64,000 nucleotides of DNA from Spirochaetota bacterium (GTDB taxonomy: Bacteria; Spirochaetota; UBA12135; COTS27; CBDBHE01), in assembly GCA_965205605.1 (NCBI GenBank), contig CBDBHE010000002.1, positions 1 to 64,000 on the forward strand, written 5' to 3'. Each line of letters starts with the position of its first letter. The stretch's first letter is position 1. A model generated the notes under the pieces. That model was not told where the DNA came from. It was given only the letters and a program-made list of their open reading frames with translations, and ran no database searches. Below are positions 18,336 to 27,121 of the stretch, in pieces. The position numbers and the translations under genes are program-made.

Positions 18336-18788
18336 ATGAAGTCTATTTTAACATTATCTTACGCGTTTATTTTTAGCATAGGTCTTTTATCGACTGTTTT
18401 AGCTAGGGGCTATAACGCTAATAAAAATAAAGTTGTTATTAGAGGGTATGACCCGGTTGCTTATTTTACTTTAAAAAAAGCAAAAAAAGGCAATAGTCAA
18501 TTTTCGTATGCTTACAAAGGAGGGACTTTTTGGTTTGCTTCAAAAAAGCATCTTAATTTATTTAAAGCCGATCCTAAAAAATATGAACCTCAATATGGAG
18601 GGTGGTGTGCTTATGCTATGGGGAAGTATGATAAAAAAGCACAAATTAATCCTAAAACTTTTAAAATTACTAATGGAAAGCTATATTTGTTTTATAATAA
18701 ACTTGTAGGTGGTAACACACTTAAATTTTGGAATAAAGAAGGAGAAGCAAATCTTATAAAAAAAGCAGATGCTAATTGGAAACAATAA
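18336..18788 (+). CDS. Secreted YHS-domain protein (YHS (seleno)protein family, Cys form)
   Basis: Signal peptide; GYDPVAYF, WFAS..HL.LF...P.KY.PQYGGWCAY, GKLYLFYN, KADANW. Confidence 0.9.
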   Translation: MKSILTLSYAFIFSIGLLSTVLARGYNANKNKVVIRGYDPVAYFTLKKAKKGNSQFSYAYKGGTFWFASKKHLNLFKADPKKYEPQYGGWCAYAMGKYDKKAQINPKTFKITNGKLYLFYNKLVGGNTLKFWNKEGEANLIKKADANWKQ

Positions 18789-18813
18789 GCTTTAATAAAA
18801 AAAAGGATTAAAC

Positions 18814-19191
18814 ATGAGTAAATTTAAAACCATTTTATCTTGGGTATGTAGAATAACCATTTCTGTTATTCTTATTCAAACCTTAAGACATAAATTTGTA
18901 GGCTCAGAACTGAGTGTTTATATTTTCGAGAGAATTGGAATTGAACCTTGGGGAAGATATATGGCAGGTGTTTCAGAGCTCATTGTAGGGATTCTTATCC
19001 TTATCCCTAGAACGGTTTGGGTTGGATCGATTGGAGTGCTGTTTATTATGGGAGGAGCCCTTTTTTTTCATATTACAGACTTGGGCATTGTGGTCAAAGA
19101 AGATGGCGGAACACTTTTTGGTATGTGTTTAACTGTCTTTACTTTGTCAACAATCACTATTTATCTTCATATGAATAAAAGTAAAGCTTAG
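18814..19191 (+). CDS. DoxX-like membrane protein
   Basis: QTL..KF.G...SVYIF...G.EPWGR...G..EL; GALFFH..LGI.V..DGG.LF. Confidence 0.85.
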   Translation: MSKFKTILSWVCRITISVILIQTLRHKFVGSELSVYIFERIGIEPWGRYMAGVSELIVGILILIPRTVWVGSIGVLFIMGGALFFHITDLGIVVKEDGGTLFGMCLTVFTLSTITIYLHMNKSKA

Positions 19192-19230
19192 GTTATATAA
19201 ACTTTCTTAATGATGAAATTAATCCTACTT

Positions 19231-20505
19231 TTATAAATAAAAAGCAAGACCGGCGAAGAGGTCATTATCCAAAATAGGATGATTGCCTCTTTCTTCTCTA
19301 TCATAAAATTGACCTTCATATAAAAAAACAGGATCGTAAGTATAAGTATCTGAAATGATAAAGTCAAGATTGTTACTAATTTTATATTCAAATCTTAAGA
19401 ACGCTCTATATTTTTGAGCGTAAATATTTTTATTTTCAGAAAAAATATTGGGGTCATATTGACTTAAGTGAAATGTTGTGTGTAAATTGGTTAAAAAAAT
19501 ATCTTTAATTTTCAAATAAAAAGAACTTGAAAACCCTAAAATAGCATTTTCCCAAAGCCAACTAGGGTGTTTGTAAGAACTATCATTAATCAGACTAAAT
19601 GGAGTAAAAAAACCTTCTTTATAACCAAATTGAGTTACCAGATTTGTATTATTGTTGGGGTATGTTTTCTCTAACGCATCCTTATCACGCACACCATGAA
19701 TGATCGCTAAAGCTTCAAATCCATAAGTAATTTTTTGATAGTTTTGGTGATAATACAATTTATACTGATGTCGATATTCTTTAATAGGGACAGAACCAAT
19801 ATTACCTAATTGTCCGCTGAGCCCTGAATTAATTGATTTGTTTTTTAAGCCCATTAAAAAAGAAATCGTTTTAGCTGAATTTGAATCAAGACCCTCTTCT
19901 CCATTAACAAGTCCTAAAGCAAGTTTTAAAACAGGGCCCTCATAGGCATAAACAATCCCTGTATCATAACGATCTGTTAAAGCACTATCCATTAAAGGCA
20001 CGTCTCGATTCCCTAAAACATATCCATGAGGGATCCATTTTCCATTTGGGTGCCTTCCTACTCGAAAAAGAAGCGGTCTAAATAAAGAATCTATTTTCAA
20101 CTGTTTTATAAGAGGTTTAAAAGCTCCTATCGTAATATTATGATTTTGTTTAAATCCTAAATTTAAAGAGAGTTCGTTAAGTAAAAATGAAGGAGGGTTT
20201 GTTTCATTGAAGAGTCGTGCTTTAAAATTAAGCTCTTCAATAAAATCAGCATCAATTTTGAACAACGTTTCAAACAAAGAAAGTTTTTTTTTATAATTAA
20301 GGTTTAAGTTAAAATAAGCAACAAAGGTGTCTTCATTGCCTGTTATTTCTACGACTTCAGAAGCTCGATAGTAGAAAACAAAACGACTTTTATTAGTAAA
20401 GGCTGTGTTGGTCCCATAAAGATTTTGAAAGCAGAAAAGAAGAATAAAGATTAGGTGTAAAAATTGATTTTTCTTAAATCTGTTTAATGACTTCAATGGT
20501 TTCAT
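19231..20505 (-). CDS. Hypothetical exported protein, possible outer-membrane beta-barrel/porin
   Basis: Signal-like N-terminus; alternating aromatic strands; ITIGAFK, RYDTGI, GLVNGE reminiscent of OprO/P-like porins; ends FAGLAFYL. Confidence 0.5.
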   Translation of the reverse strand: MKPLKSLNRFKKNQFLHLIFILLFCFQNLYGTNTAFTNKSRFVFYYRASEVVEITGNEDTFVAYFNLNLNYKKKLSLFETLFKIDADFIEELNFKARLFNETNPPSFLLNELSLNLGFKQNHNITIGAFKPLIKQLKIDSLFRPLLFRVGRHPNGKWIPHGYVLGNRDVPLMDSALTDRYDTGIVYAYEGPVLKLALGLVNGEEGLDSNSAKTISFLMGLKNKSINSGLSGQLGNIGSVPIKEYRHQYKLYYHQNYQKITYGFEALAIIHGVRDKDALEKTYPNNNTNLVTQFGYKEGFFTPFSLINDSSYKHPSWLWENAILGFSSSFYLKIKDIFLTNLHTTFHLSQYDPNIFSENKNIYAQKYRAFLRFEYKISNNLDFIISDTYTYDPVFLYEGQFYDREERGNHPILDNDLFAGLAFYL

Positions 20506-20518
20506 TAGGAGTAGTTTT

Positions 20519-20821
20519 TTAGTTATTTTTTTTGTTTAAAATAGAATGGATTTTTTGGGCTTTTTTACCTAAGTAAGGCCCTTTTTTTTTTCGATAGTCA
20601 ATTTTAATCGAGCAAGAAATCCGAGAGTTGTTTTCAGCTAATTTTTCAAGACATTTTTTAACAAGATTAAAGCAATCTTCTACTGAGCCTTCAATTGTTG
20701 TTCCCATATCTCTGAGTTCGTAAGGGAGATTGCTTTTTTTTATAATAGAGATTACTAGGGCGACGTCTTCACTTAAACTTTCTTTTTTTCCTATAGGAAA
20801 CATTGAAAAATCGAGCATCAT
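20519..20821 (-). CDS. MTH1187/YkoF-family thiamine-binding protein
   Basis: FSMFPIG...SLS..VA...Y....MGTTIEG...R....IKIDYR. Confidence 0.9.
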   Translation of the reverse strand: MMLDFSMFPIGKKESLSEDVALVISIIKKSNLPYELRDMGTTIEGSVEDCFNLVKKCLEKLAENNSRISCSIKIDYRKKKGPYLGKKAQKIHSILNKKNN

Positions 20822-20978
20822 ATTGATTCTCCTTTTTATTTGATTTTTTTAAACTATTTTCGTCTTACTAATAAAAAAATGAAACTTTTTTTTATTAGTT
20901 TATACTTTAATTTGAGTTTTTTTGATGTCTTAAGTGCTTGATGTTAATATTTTTTAATAGCTTGGTGTTTTTTTTTAT

Positions 20979-21539
20979 TTGAAAATTTTAAAATCTGTTT
21001 TTTTTAATTGCAATGTATTGGAAGTTTGTCGAGAGCTTGTTGGTAAATATTTAGTTGTTAAAACAGAGAAAAAAACAGAATCTCATTTAATTTTTGAAGT
21101 CGAAGCTTATGATGGGAAAGAAGATAGGGCCTGTCATGCCTCTAGAGGTAAAACAAAAAGAAATCAAGCCATGTTTGGACCGGCGGGGACTATTTATGTT
21201 TACTTAACTTATGGTATGCATTGGATGTTAAACATTGTTACAGGGGAAGAAGGATACCCTGCAGCTGTTTTAATTCGAGGAGTGGGGCTTTATGATGGAC
21301 CGGGAAAATTAACTAAAAACCTCAATATTGATAAACGTTTTTATGGAAAAGCATTGAGCCAAACAACAGGGCTTTGGATTGAAGACAGAAAATTAATATT
21401 AAAGAATGAACAAGTTGAAACAACCCCTAGAATAGGAATAGGGATTAATTATGCAGGAGATTACTGGGCTTCGGTACCATATCGATTTTTAATCAAAAAA
21501 TCTTTTTTAAATCAAATGATTACAAAAAAAACTAAATAA
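20979..21539 (+). CDS. 3-methyladenine DNA glycosylase (MPG/AAG family)
   Basis: EVEAYDG.ED.ACH, YVYLTYGMHWMLN, AVLIR, GPGKL, TPRIGI. Confidence 0.93.
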   Translation: MKILKSVFFNCNVLEVCRELVGKYLVVKTEKKTESHLIFEVEAYDGKEDRACHASRGKTKRNQAMFGPAGTIYVYLTYGMHWMLNIVTGEEGYPAAVLIRGVGLYDGPGKLTKNLNIDKRFYGKALSQTTGLWIEDRKLILKNEQVETTPRIGIGINYAGDYWASVPYRFLIKKSFLNQMITKKTK

Positions 21540-23609
21540 ATGATGGAAAATGAATTAGCTAAAGAAAAAAGCCCTTATTTAGTTCAACATAGTCAAGATC
21601 CAATTTATTGGAGGAGATGGTCGGAAAGTCTTTTTAAAGAAGCTAAAAATACTAATAAAATTATTTTTATTAGTATTGGTTATTCGAGTTGTCATTGGTG
21701 TCATGTGATGCAAAAAGAATCTTTTCGCAATCAAACGATTGCTGATTTTTTAAATCAACATTTTATTTCTATTAAAATTGATCGAGAAGAACGCCCTGAC
21801 ATTGATCAAATCTATATGGAAGCAACACAACTAATGGGCCAACAAGGAGGATGGCCACTTAATATTTTTTGTGACTTTGAGGGAAAACCTTTTTTTTCAG
21901 GAACTTATTTTCCTTTAGTTTCTAGATATAGTATTCCTTCTTTTTTAGAAGTTCTTAAATTTATTCATACTTTTTTTAAAGAAAAACCTGATCAGATAGC
22001 TACTTCAACAAGTGAGATTTTAAAACTACTTAAAGAAAAAGAGGATTCATTTATTAATAAAAAATTTAATGAAAAAGAATCTTATGATGATTTTTTTCTT
22101 GAAGCTTGTTTACGGCATTATGATGAAACAAATGGAGGTTTTTCTTTTCATGATGCAAATAAATTTCCTTCTACAATGATACTTTCGTTTCTTTTAAAGA
22201 TTTATCATGTAAGACAAAAGAAGATATGTTTGGAAATGGTTGAAAAAACACTTTTGTGTATGCTAAAAGGAGGTATTTATGATCAAATTGGAGGAGGGAT
22301 TAGTCGTTATAGTACTGATAAAAAATGGTTAATTCCTCATTTTGAAAAGATGCTTTATGATAATGCTCTTTTAATTATAGTTTTGCTAGAGTGTTATCAA
22401 ATCACATATAAATCTATTTACAAGAAAGCCATTAAAGATATTTTTAATTATCTACAAAGAGATATGAGAAGTCCTTTAGGGGGATTTTATTCAGCTGAAG
22501 ATGCAGATAGCGAGGGAGTTGAAGGGGCTTTTTATGTTTGGGATTTAGAAGAATTAAAAACGTTTCTTTCAAAAGAAGAACAAAAAATTATTTTTACTTA
22601 TTATGGTTTTACAAAGGAAGGTAATTTTGGTGAAAAAAATATTTTATTTATTCACTCTAGTGTTGAAGAAATGGCAAATAGTTTTAATTGGTCTTTGAAA
22701 AAAACGAAGACGATTTTAAAAGAAGCACGTTTAAAACTTTTTAAAAACCGACTTAAACGACCTCGTCCTTTTTGTGATAAAAAAATTCTTTTAGGTTGGA
22801 ATGCTCTTTTGATCTCTGCGTATGCTAAAGCGGCGAGAGTTTTAAAACAACCTATTTATCTTAAAGAAGCCAAAAAGATTTTGAATTTCATTTTTAAAAC
22901 AATGATGAAAAAAAAGTTTCTTTATAAAAGATTTTTTGAAGGAAATGTTGAACATGTAGCTACTTTAAAAGATATTGCTAACTTAATCGTTGCTTGTTTG
23001 GATGTTTATGAGGCTTGTCATGAAAAAAAATGGTTAATAAAAGCCGAAACCATTACTCAAAAAGTCTTGGATCAGTTTAGTTCTAAACAAGGTTTTTTTT
23101 ATGAAGCAAGTCGTTTTTCTGATAAACTTTTTTTTCGCTCTTTTGATCCTTATGATATGGCTGAACCTTCTGGAAACAGTCAAATGGCTTTTGTTTTTTT
23201 AAAACTGTATGCTTATTTAGAAAAAGACATCTATAAAAAAAAACTAGATGATCTTTTTAATAGTTTGTCTTTTTATTTAAAAGGAATCCATAGTCCTCTT
23301 TTACTGTCTTTTTTTTATGGAAAACAAATAGGATTTTTGAAAGCTGTTATTGTTGGGCCAAAGGAGAATGATAAAACAAAGAAGCTTTTAAGTGTTGTTC
23401 AACAAGAATACTTTCCTTTTATTCATGTGGTTTTTATTGATGAAGGTTCTTCTTTTAATAAAGACTCTTTTTATGCCAGTGTTGTTAAAACCTTGCCTAT
23501 TTCACAAAAAGATTCTCAAGCGATTGCGATTGTTTGTAATCAAAATGCTTGCTCCAAGCCTGTTAAAACACCAAAAGAGCTTAGAAAATTGCTTTGCAAT
23601 TTTTTGTAA
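21540..23609 (+). CDS. YyaL/Ssp411-family thioredoxin-domain protein
   Basis: N.L..EKSPYL.QH, SIGYSSCHWCHVM..ESF, DREERPDID, PHFEKMLYDNA, DADSEG.EG.FY.W. Confidence 0.95.
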   Translation: MMENELAKEKSPYLVQHSQDPIYWRRWSESLFKEAKNTNKIIFISIGYSSCHWCHVMQKESFRNQTIADFLNQHFISIKIDREERPDIDQIYMEATQLMGQQGGWPLNIFCDFEGKPFFSGTYFPLVSRYSIPSFLEVLKFIHTFFKEKPDQIATSTSEILKLLKEKEDSFINKKFNEKESYDDFFLEACLRHYDETNGGFSFHDANKFPSTMILSFLLKIYHVRQKKICLEMVEKTLLCMLKGGIYDQIGGGISRYSTDKKWLIPHFEKMLYDNALLIIVLLECYQITYKSIYKKAIKDIFNYLQRDMRSPLGGFYSAEDADSEGVEGAFYVWDLEELKTFLSKEEQKIIFTYYGFTKEGNFGEKNILFIHSSVEEMANSFNWSLKKTKTILKEARLKLFKNRLKRPRPFCDKKILLGWNALLISAYAKAARVLKQPIYLKEAKKILNFIFKTMMKKKFLYKRFFEGNVEHVATLKDIANLIVACLDVYEACHEKKWLIKAETITQKVLDQFSSKQGFFYEASRFSDKLFFRSFDPYDMAEPSGNSQMAFVFLKLYAYLEKDIYKKKLDDLFNSLSFYLKGIHSPLLLSFFYGKQIGFLKAVIVGPKENDKTKKLLSVVQQEYFPFIHVVFIDEGSSFNKDSFYASVVKTLPISQKDSQAIAIVCNQNACSKPVKTPKELRKLLCNFL

Positions 23610-23613
23610 CAAA

Positions 23614-24378
23614 CTAACTAAAATCAATATTAATATTTTTATAAAGCTCTTCAATATGTGAATAGATATAGATACCCAATATCTGTTTGTCATGTTCAGA
23701 TATATCGATAAATTTAATGGCAAGCACAGTATCTTTAATATGTAAAATAGATGCCTGGGTATTAATCACCATACCTTTAAATTTAATTTTAACTTTTATT
23801 AAGTAATGTTTTTTTTCTAATATAGGAAGATGTTGTTGTTCTTTGATTTCAAAAAAACATCCTCCTAGAGAAATATTGGTTACATATCCATGAATAGAAA
23901 TAGATGTTTTTTGCTTTACAACATTGATAATTATTTTACAACGATCTTCTTTTCTAGGAATGATTCTTAAATATTTTCTTTTTTCTATATGGGCTCCTTT
24001 ATTAACACATTGTTGAATGACTTGTTTACAAAATTGCTTAGGATTTTCTCCTCTTAAGATTAGCCTCTCAATAGAGGCTTTTTTTAAAGCATAAAGAAGT
24101 TGGTGATCGGGTTTTTCTGTCATATAAGCAAAAAAAAGTGATTTTTTATTTGAAATCTTTGTTTTATAATTTTTATAAAGAGAGAATAATGGCTCTTCTG
24201 CTTGTTTTACGTTGACTAGCAAAAGAAAAGAACCCACATTTTTTGAAAAAATATTAATGAGTTTATTTTGACTTGAAATTATTTTTAATAAGATGCCTTT
24301 TTTGATAAACTCATAGATCATTAATTTTTTCCAAATATAATTGGGTTCATAAACAAAAATTTTGATTAAGTTGGTCAT
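23614..24378 (-). CDS. PilZ-domain protein with degenerate receiver-like N-terminus
   Basis: RKYLR (RxxxR) and NISLGG (D/NxSxxG). Confidence 0.82.
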   Translation of the reverse strand: MTNLIKIFVYEPNYIWKKLMIYEFIKKGILLKIISSQNKLINIFSKNVGSFLLLVNVKQAEEPLFSLYKNYKTKISNKKSLFFAYMTEKPDHQLLYALKKASIERLILRGENPKQFCKQVIQQCVNKGAHIEKRKYLRIIPRKEDRCKIIINVVKQKTSISIHGYVTNISLGGCFFEIKEQQHLPILEKKHYLIKVKIKFKGMVINTQASILHIKDTVLAIKFIDISEHDKQILGIYIYSHIEELYKNINIDFS

Positions 24379-24425
24379 GATTAATCATCATTATAGTAGC
24401 CTTGTGAAAACAAGTTAAAGAAAAG

Positions 24426-24833
24426 TTATTTGGAAAGATTTTGTAGTGCTTGACGAAGGTCTTTAGGAATAGACTTTTTCTTTCGATTTTTATATCCAAT
24501 GACAACATTGATTATTTTGACTTGGGCGACGAGAATATTTTTTTGATTAAGAAAGTCATAATTCATGATAAAAGAAGTTTTTCCTATTTTTTCGTTGGTT
24601 ACTTTGATAGAAAGTTGGTCACCTAAAACAATAGGTTTAATATAATTTGACTCTGCATGCACAACAGGGGTAATGAAACTGCCTGATTTAAATATTTCTC
24701 CAAAGTCAAACCCAATTTGACTAAAGAGGGATTCAAAAGCGTCTTGAGTAATGGAAAAAATAGACCCAAAGAAAATAAGACCAGCTGCATCTGTATGATG
24801 AATGCGTATTATTGTTTTATAAGTAAATGGCAT
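24426..24833 (-). CDS. Hot-dog acyl-CoA thioesterase (4HBT/DHNA-CoA hydrolase-like)
   Basis: TDAAGLIFF, PVVHAESNY..P...GD. Confidence 0.88.
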   Translation of the reverse strand: MPFTYKTIIRIHHTDAAGLIFFGSIFSITQDAFESLFSQIGFDFGEIFKSGSFITPVVHAESNYIKPIVLGDQLSIKVTNEKIGKTSFIMNYDFLNQKNILVAQVKIINVVIGYKNRKKKSIPKDLRQALQNLSK

Positions 24834-24984
24834 AAAAAAAAGAACTTTGTAATCATATCATAGATAAAATTTCATTAAGTTGTGTTTTTTTTAAAAAAGA
24901 AGGTTTTTTTAAAAAATATAAAAAGCTTTTTTTTTTTTTAGAAATAGTTTAACTTTTAAGATAATTTATTTAATTTATTTTACT

Positions 24985-26046
24985 TTGAAAAAATCTTCTA
25001 GAGTTGTTACCCTTATTAATTTGGGCTCACCTTCAAAACCGACTGTGATGTCGATTCGTTTTTATTTGCGAGAGTTTTTAATGGATTCTAAAGTGATTAC
25101 AGTGTCTTGGTTTTTTCGTTTTCTGATTGTTTATTTTTTAATTTTGCCTTTTAGGCCTTATAAAACAAAGAAATTGTATAAAAGTATTTGGACTAAAAAA
25201 GGGTCACCACTGCTTGTTTATGGGAGAGCTTTACAGAAAGCACTTGCTAAAAAAAGTAAATTACCTGTAACTCTTGGAATGCGTTATGGGAAACCATCGA
25301 TTGCCCAGGCGATTGATGAAGCAATGTCACTAATGAATGAGCAAGGAGAGCTTTTGATTGTCCCGATGTACCCTCAATATGCAATGTCGACTACAGAAAG
25401 TGTTCAAGAAAAAACAGCAATTTATTTGAAAAAAAAATACCCAACGATTAGCTATTGTTTTTTACCTCCTTTTTATAATCAAATCGATTATATTAAGCTG
25501 CTTGCAAAAAAGATAAAACCGTATCTCAAAAAATCTTTTGACACTCTTTTGTTTACTTATCATGGCATTCCTGAAAAGCATATTTTGATGAGAGATATCA
25601 CCAAAAAACATTGCCTTCAAAATCGTGATATGTGTTGCTCCTCTAAATCTTCAAAATCACATCTTTACTGCTATCGTGCTCAAGCTAACTTAATAACAGA
25701 ACTAACCAAAAAAGCACTCAATCTTTCAAATGCCAAAGTGTCTATGTCTTTTCAGTCTCGATTAGGAAATGATCCTTGGCTTAAGCCATATTCAGATTTT
25801 GAATATGAGCGCCTTGCCAAAAAAGGAATTAAAAATATCATTGTTGTTAGTCCTTCTTTTGTTTCTGATTGTCTTGAAACATTAGAAGAAATTGCGGTGG
25901 AAGGAAAAGATATTTTTATTCAAGCAGGAGGGACATCTTTTACGTATATCCCGTGTTTAAATGCAGATGCTAAATGGGTAGAGCTTCTTGCTAAATGGGT
26001 CCAAACCCCTTTTTCTAAAATCACAGAGGTAAAATATCCGAGCTAA
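24985..26046 (+). CDS. hemH: Ferrochelatase
   Basis: NLGSP, GSPL, MRYGKPSI, PMYPQYA.ST, YHGIP, FQSRLG..PWL.P, F.SDCLETLEE. Confidence 0.95.
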   Translation: MKKSSRVVTLINLGSPSKPTVMSIRFYLREFLMDSKVITVSWFFRFLIVYFLILPFRPYKTKKLYKSIWTKKGSPLLVYGRALQKALAKKSKLPVTLGMRYGKPSIAQAIDEAMSLMNEQGELLIVPMYPQYAMSTTESVQEKTAIYLKKKYPTISYCFLPPFYNQIDYIKLLAKKIKPYLKKSFDTLLFTYHGIPEKHILMRDITKKHCLQNRDMCCSSKSSKSHLYCYRAQANLITELTKKALNLSNAKVSMSFQSRLGNDPWLKPYSDFEYERLAKKGIKNIIVVSPSFVSDCLETLEEIAVEGKDIFIQAGGTSFTYIPCLNADAKWVELLAKWVQTPFSKITEVKYPS

Positions 26047-26942
26047 ATCTTTACTGACGTATATCGATTTAAAATACGCATCACTTCTGATAAATACGAA
26101 GTCCCAAAAATATTGGCATGGTTTAGTAAATGATAAAAATTATAAAGATCTTTGCGGTCTTCATATCCTTTTTCAAGGGGAAAAGCTTCTTCATAGGCGT
26201 TGTAAAAACAACGATCAAATTCTCCAAAAAGCTGTGTCATAGCCAAGTCTGTTTCTCTATCCCCATAATAAATAGCTGGATCAATTAAATACGGTTTTTC
26301 TAAAACATTATAAATTACATTCCCTGACCAAAGATCTCCATGTAGTAAAGAAGGAAAAGGGTTGTGATTTAAATATTGCTTTAAAGACTTATTTAATTTT
26401 TTTATTTTTTTAATGAAAATTTGATCAATGAGATTTTTGTTTTTTAAAAGTTTTACTTGTGGATGGATTCTTTTTTCAATATAAAACTCAACCCAATCGT
26501 CGTTCCATCCGCCTAATTGAAGAGTGTTACCAATGAAATTATCTTCTGCTAGTCCATATTGTTTGTATTTTTTTTGGTGTAGACTTGCTAGCATTCTTCC
26601 TAAAGATTCTTTGGATTTTTTTTTAGGAATGTTGGTTGTTTCGATCCATTCTAAAATCAAAACAGAGAAAGAAGCACTTGAGAAAAAATTTAATACTTTA
26701 GGGATATTCTTTGGAATTATATTTTTTAATGTTTTTAATCCTGAGGCTTCTGCTTTTAAATTTTCTTTGTGGAAAAGGTCGCTGTTTTTTTTGACGATCA
26801 ATTTTGTTTTTGAATCAATTGATAGTAAATAAACGTCATTAATAGATCCCCTAGATAAAAGTTTTATTTTTGAAAAATTTGTGTAAGTGATTCCTATTTT
26901 TTTTAGATGTTGTAAAAGTAATTGTTTGAAGATTGTTTCCAT
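26043..26942 (-). CDS. Fructosamine/ketosamine-3-kinase family protein
   Basis: EASGL..L, DNFIG...Q, PSLLHGDLWSGN, DPAIYYGDRE.DLAM..LFG.F. Confidence 0.93.
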   Translation of the reverse strand: METIFKQLLLQHLKKIGITYTNFSKIKLLSRGSINDVYLLSIDSKTKLIVKKNSDLFHKENLKAEASGLKTLKNIIPKNIPKVLNFFSSASFSVLILEWIETTNIPKKKSKESLGRMLASLHQKKYKQYGLAEDNFIGNTLQLGGWNDDWVEFYIEKRIHPQVKLLKNKNLIDQIFIKKIKKLNKSLKQYLNHNPFPSLLHGDLWSGNVIYNVLEKPYLIDPAIYYGDRETDLAMTQLFGEFDRCFYNAYEEAFPLEKGYEDRKDLYNFYHLLNHANIFGTSYLSEVMRILNRYTSVKI

Positions 26943-27121
26943 TGTTTTTTAGTAATAAGAGAAAATAAGAGAAAAAAAATAGATTTTTTTTAAGTTGAAA
27001 ATAAAAATCACCTATTTAATTTTATATTTTTTATGAGATAATAATCTACAAATCATTTATTGTTAAGTTGTTTTTAAAATGAAATCATTTTTTATATTTT
27101 TTATTAAAGGTTGTTTTTAGA

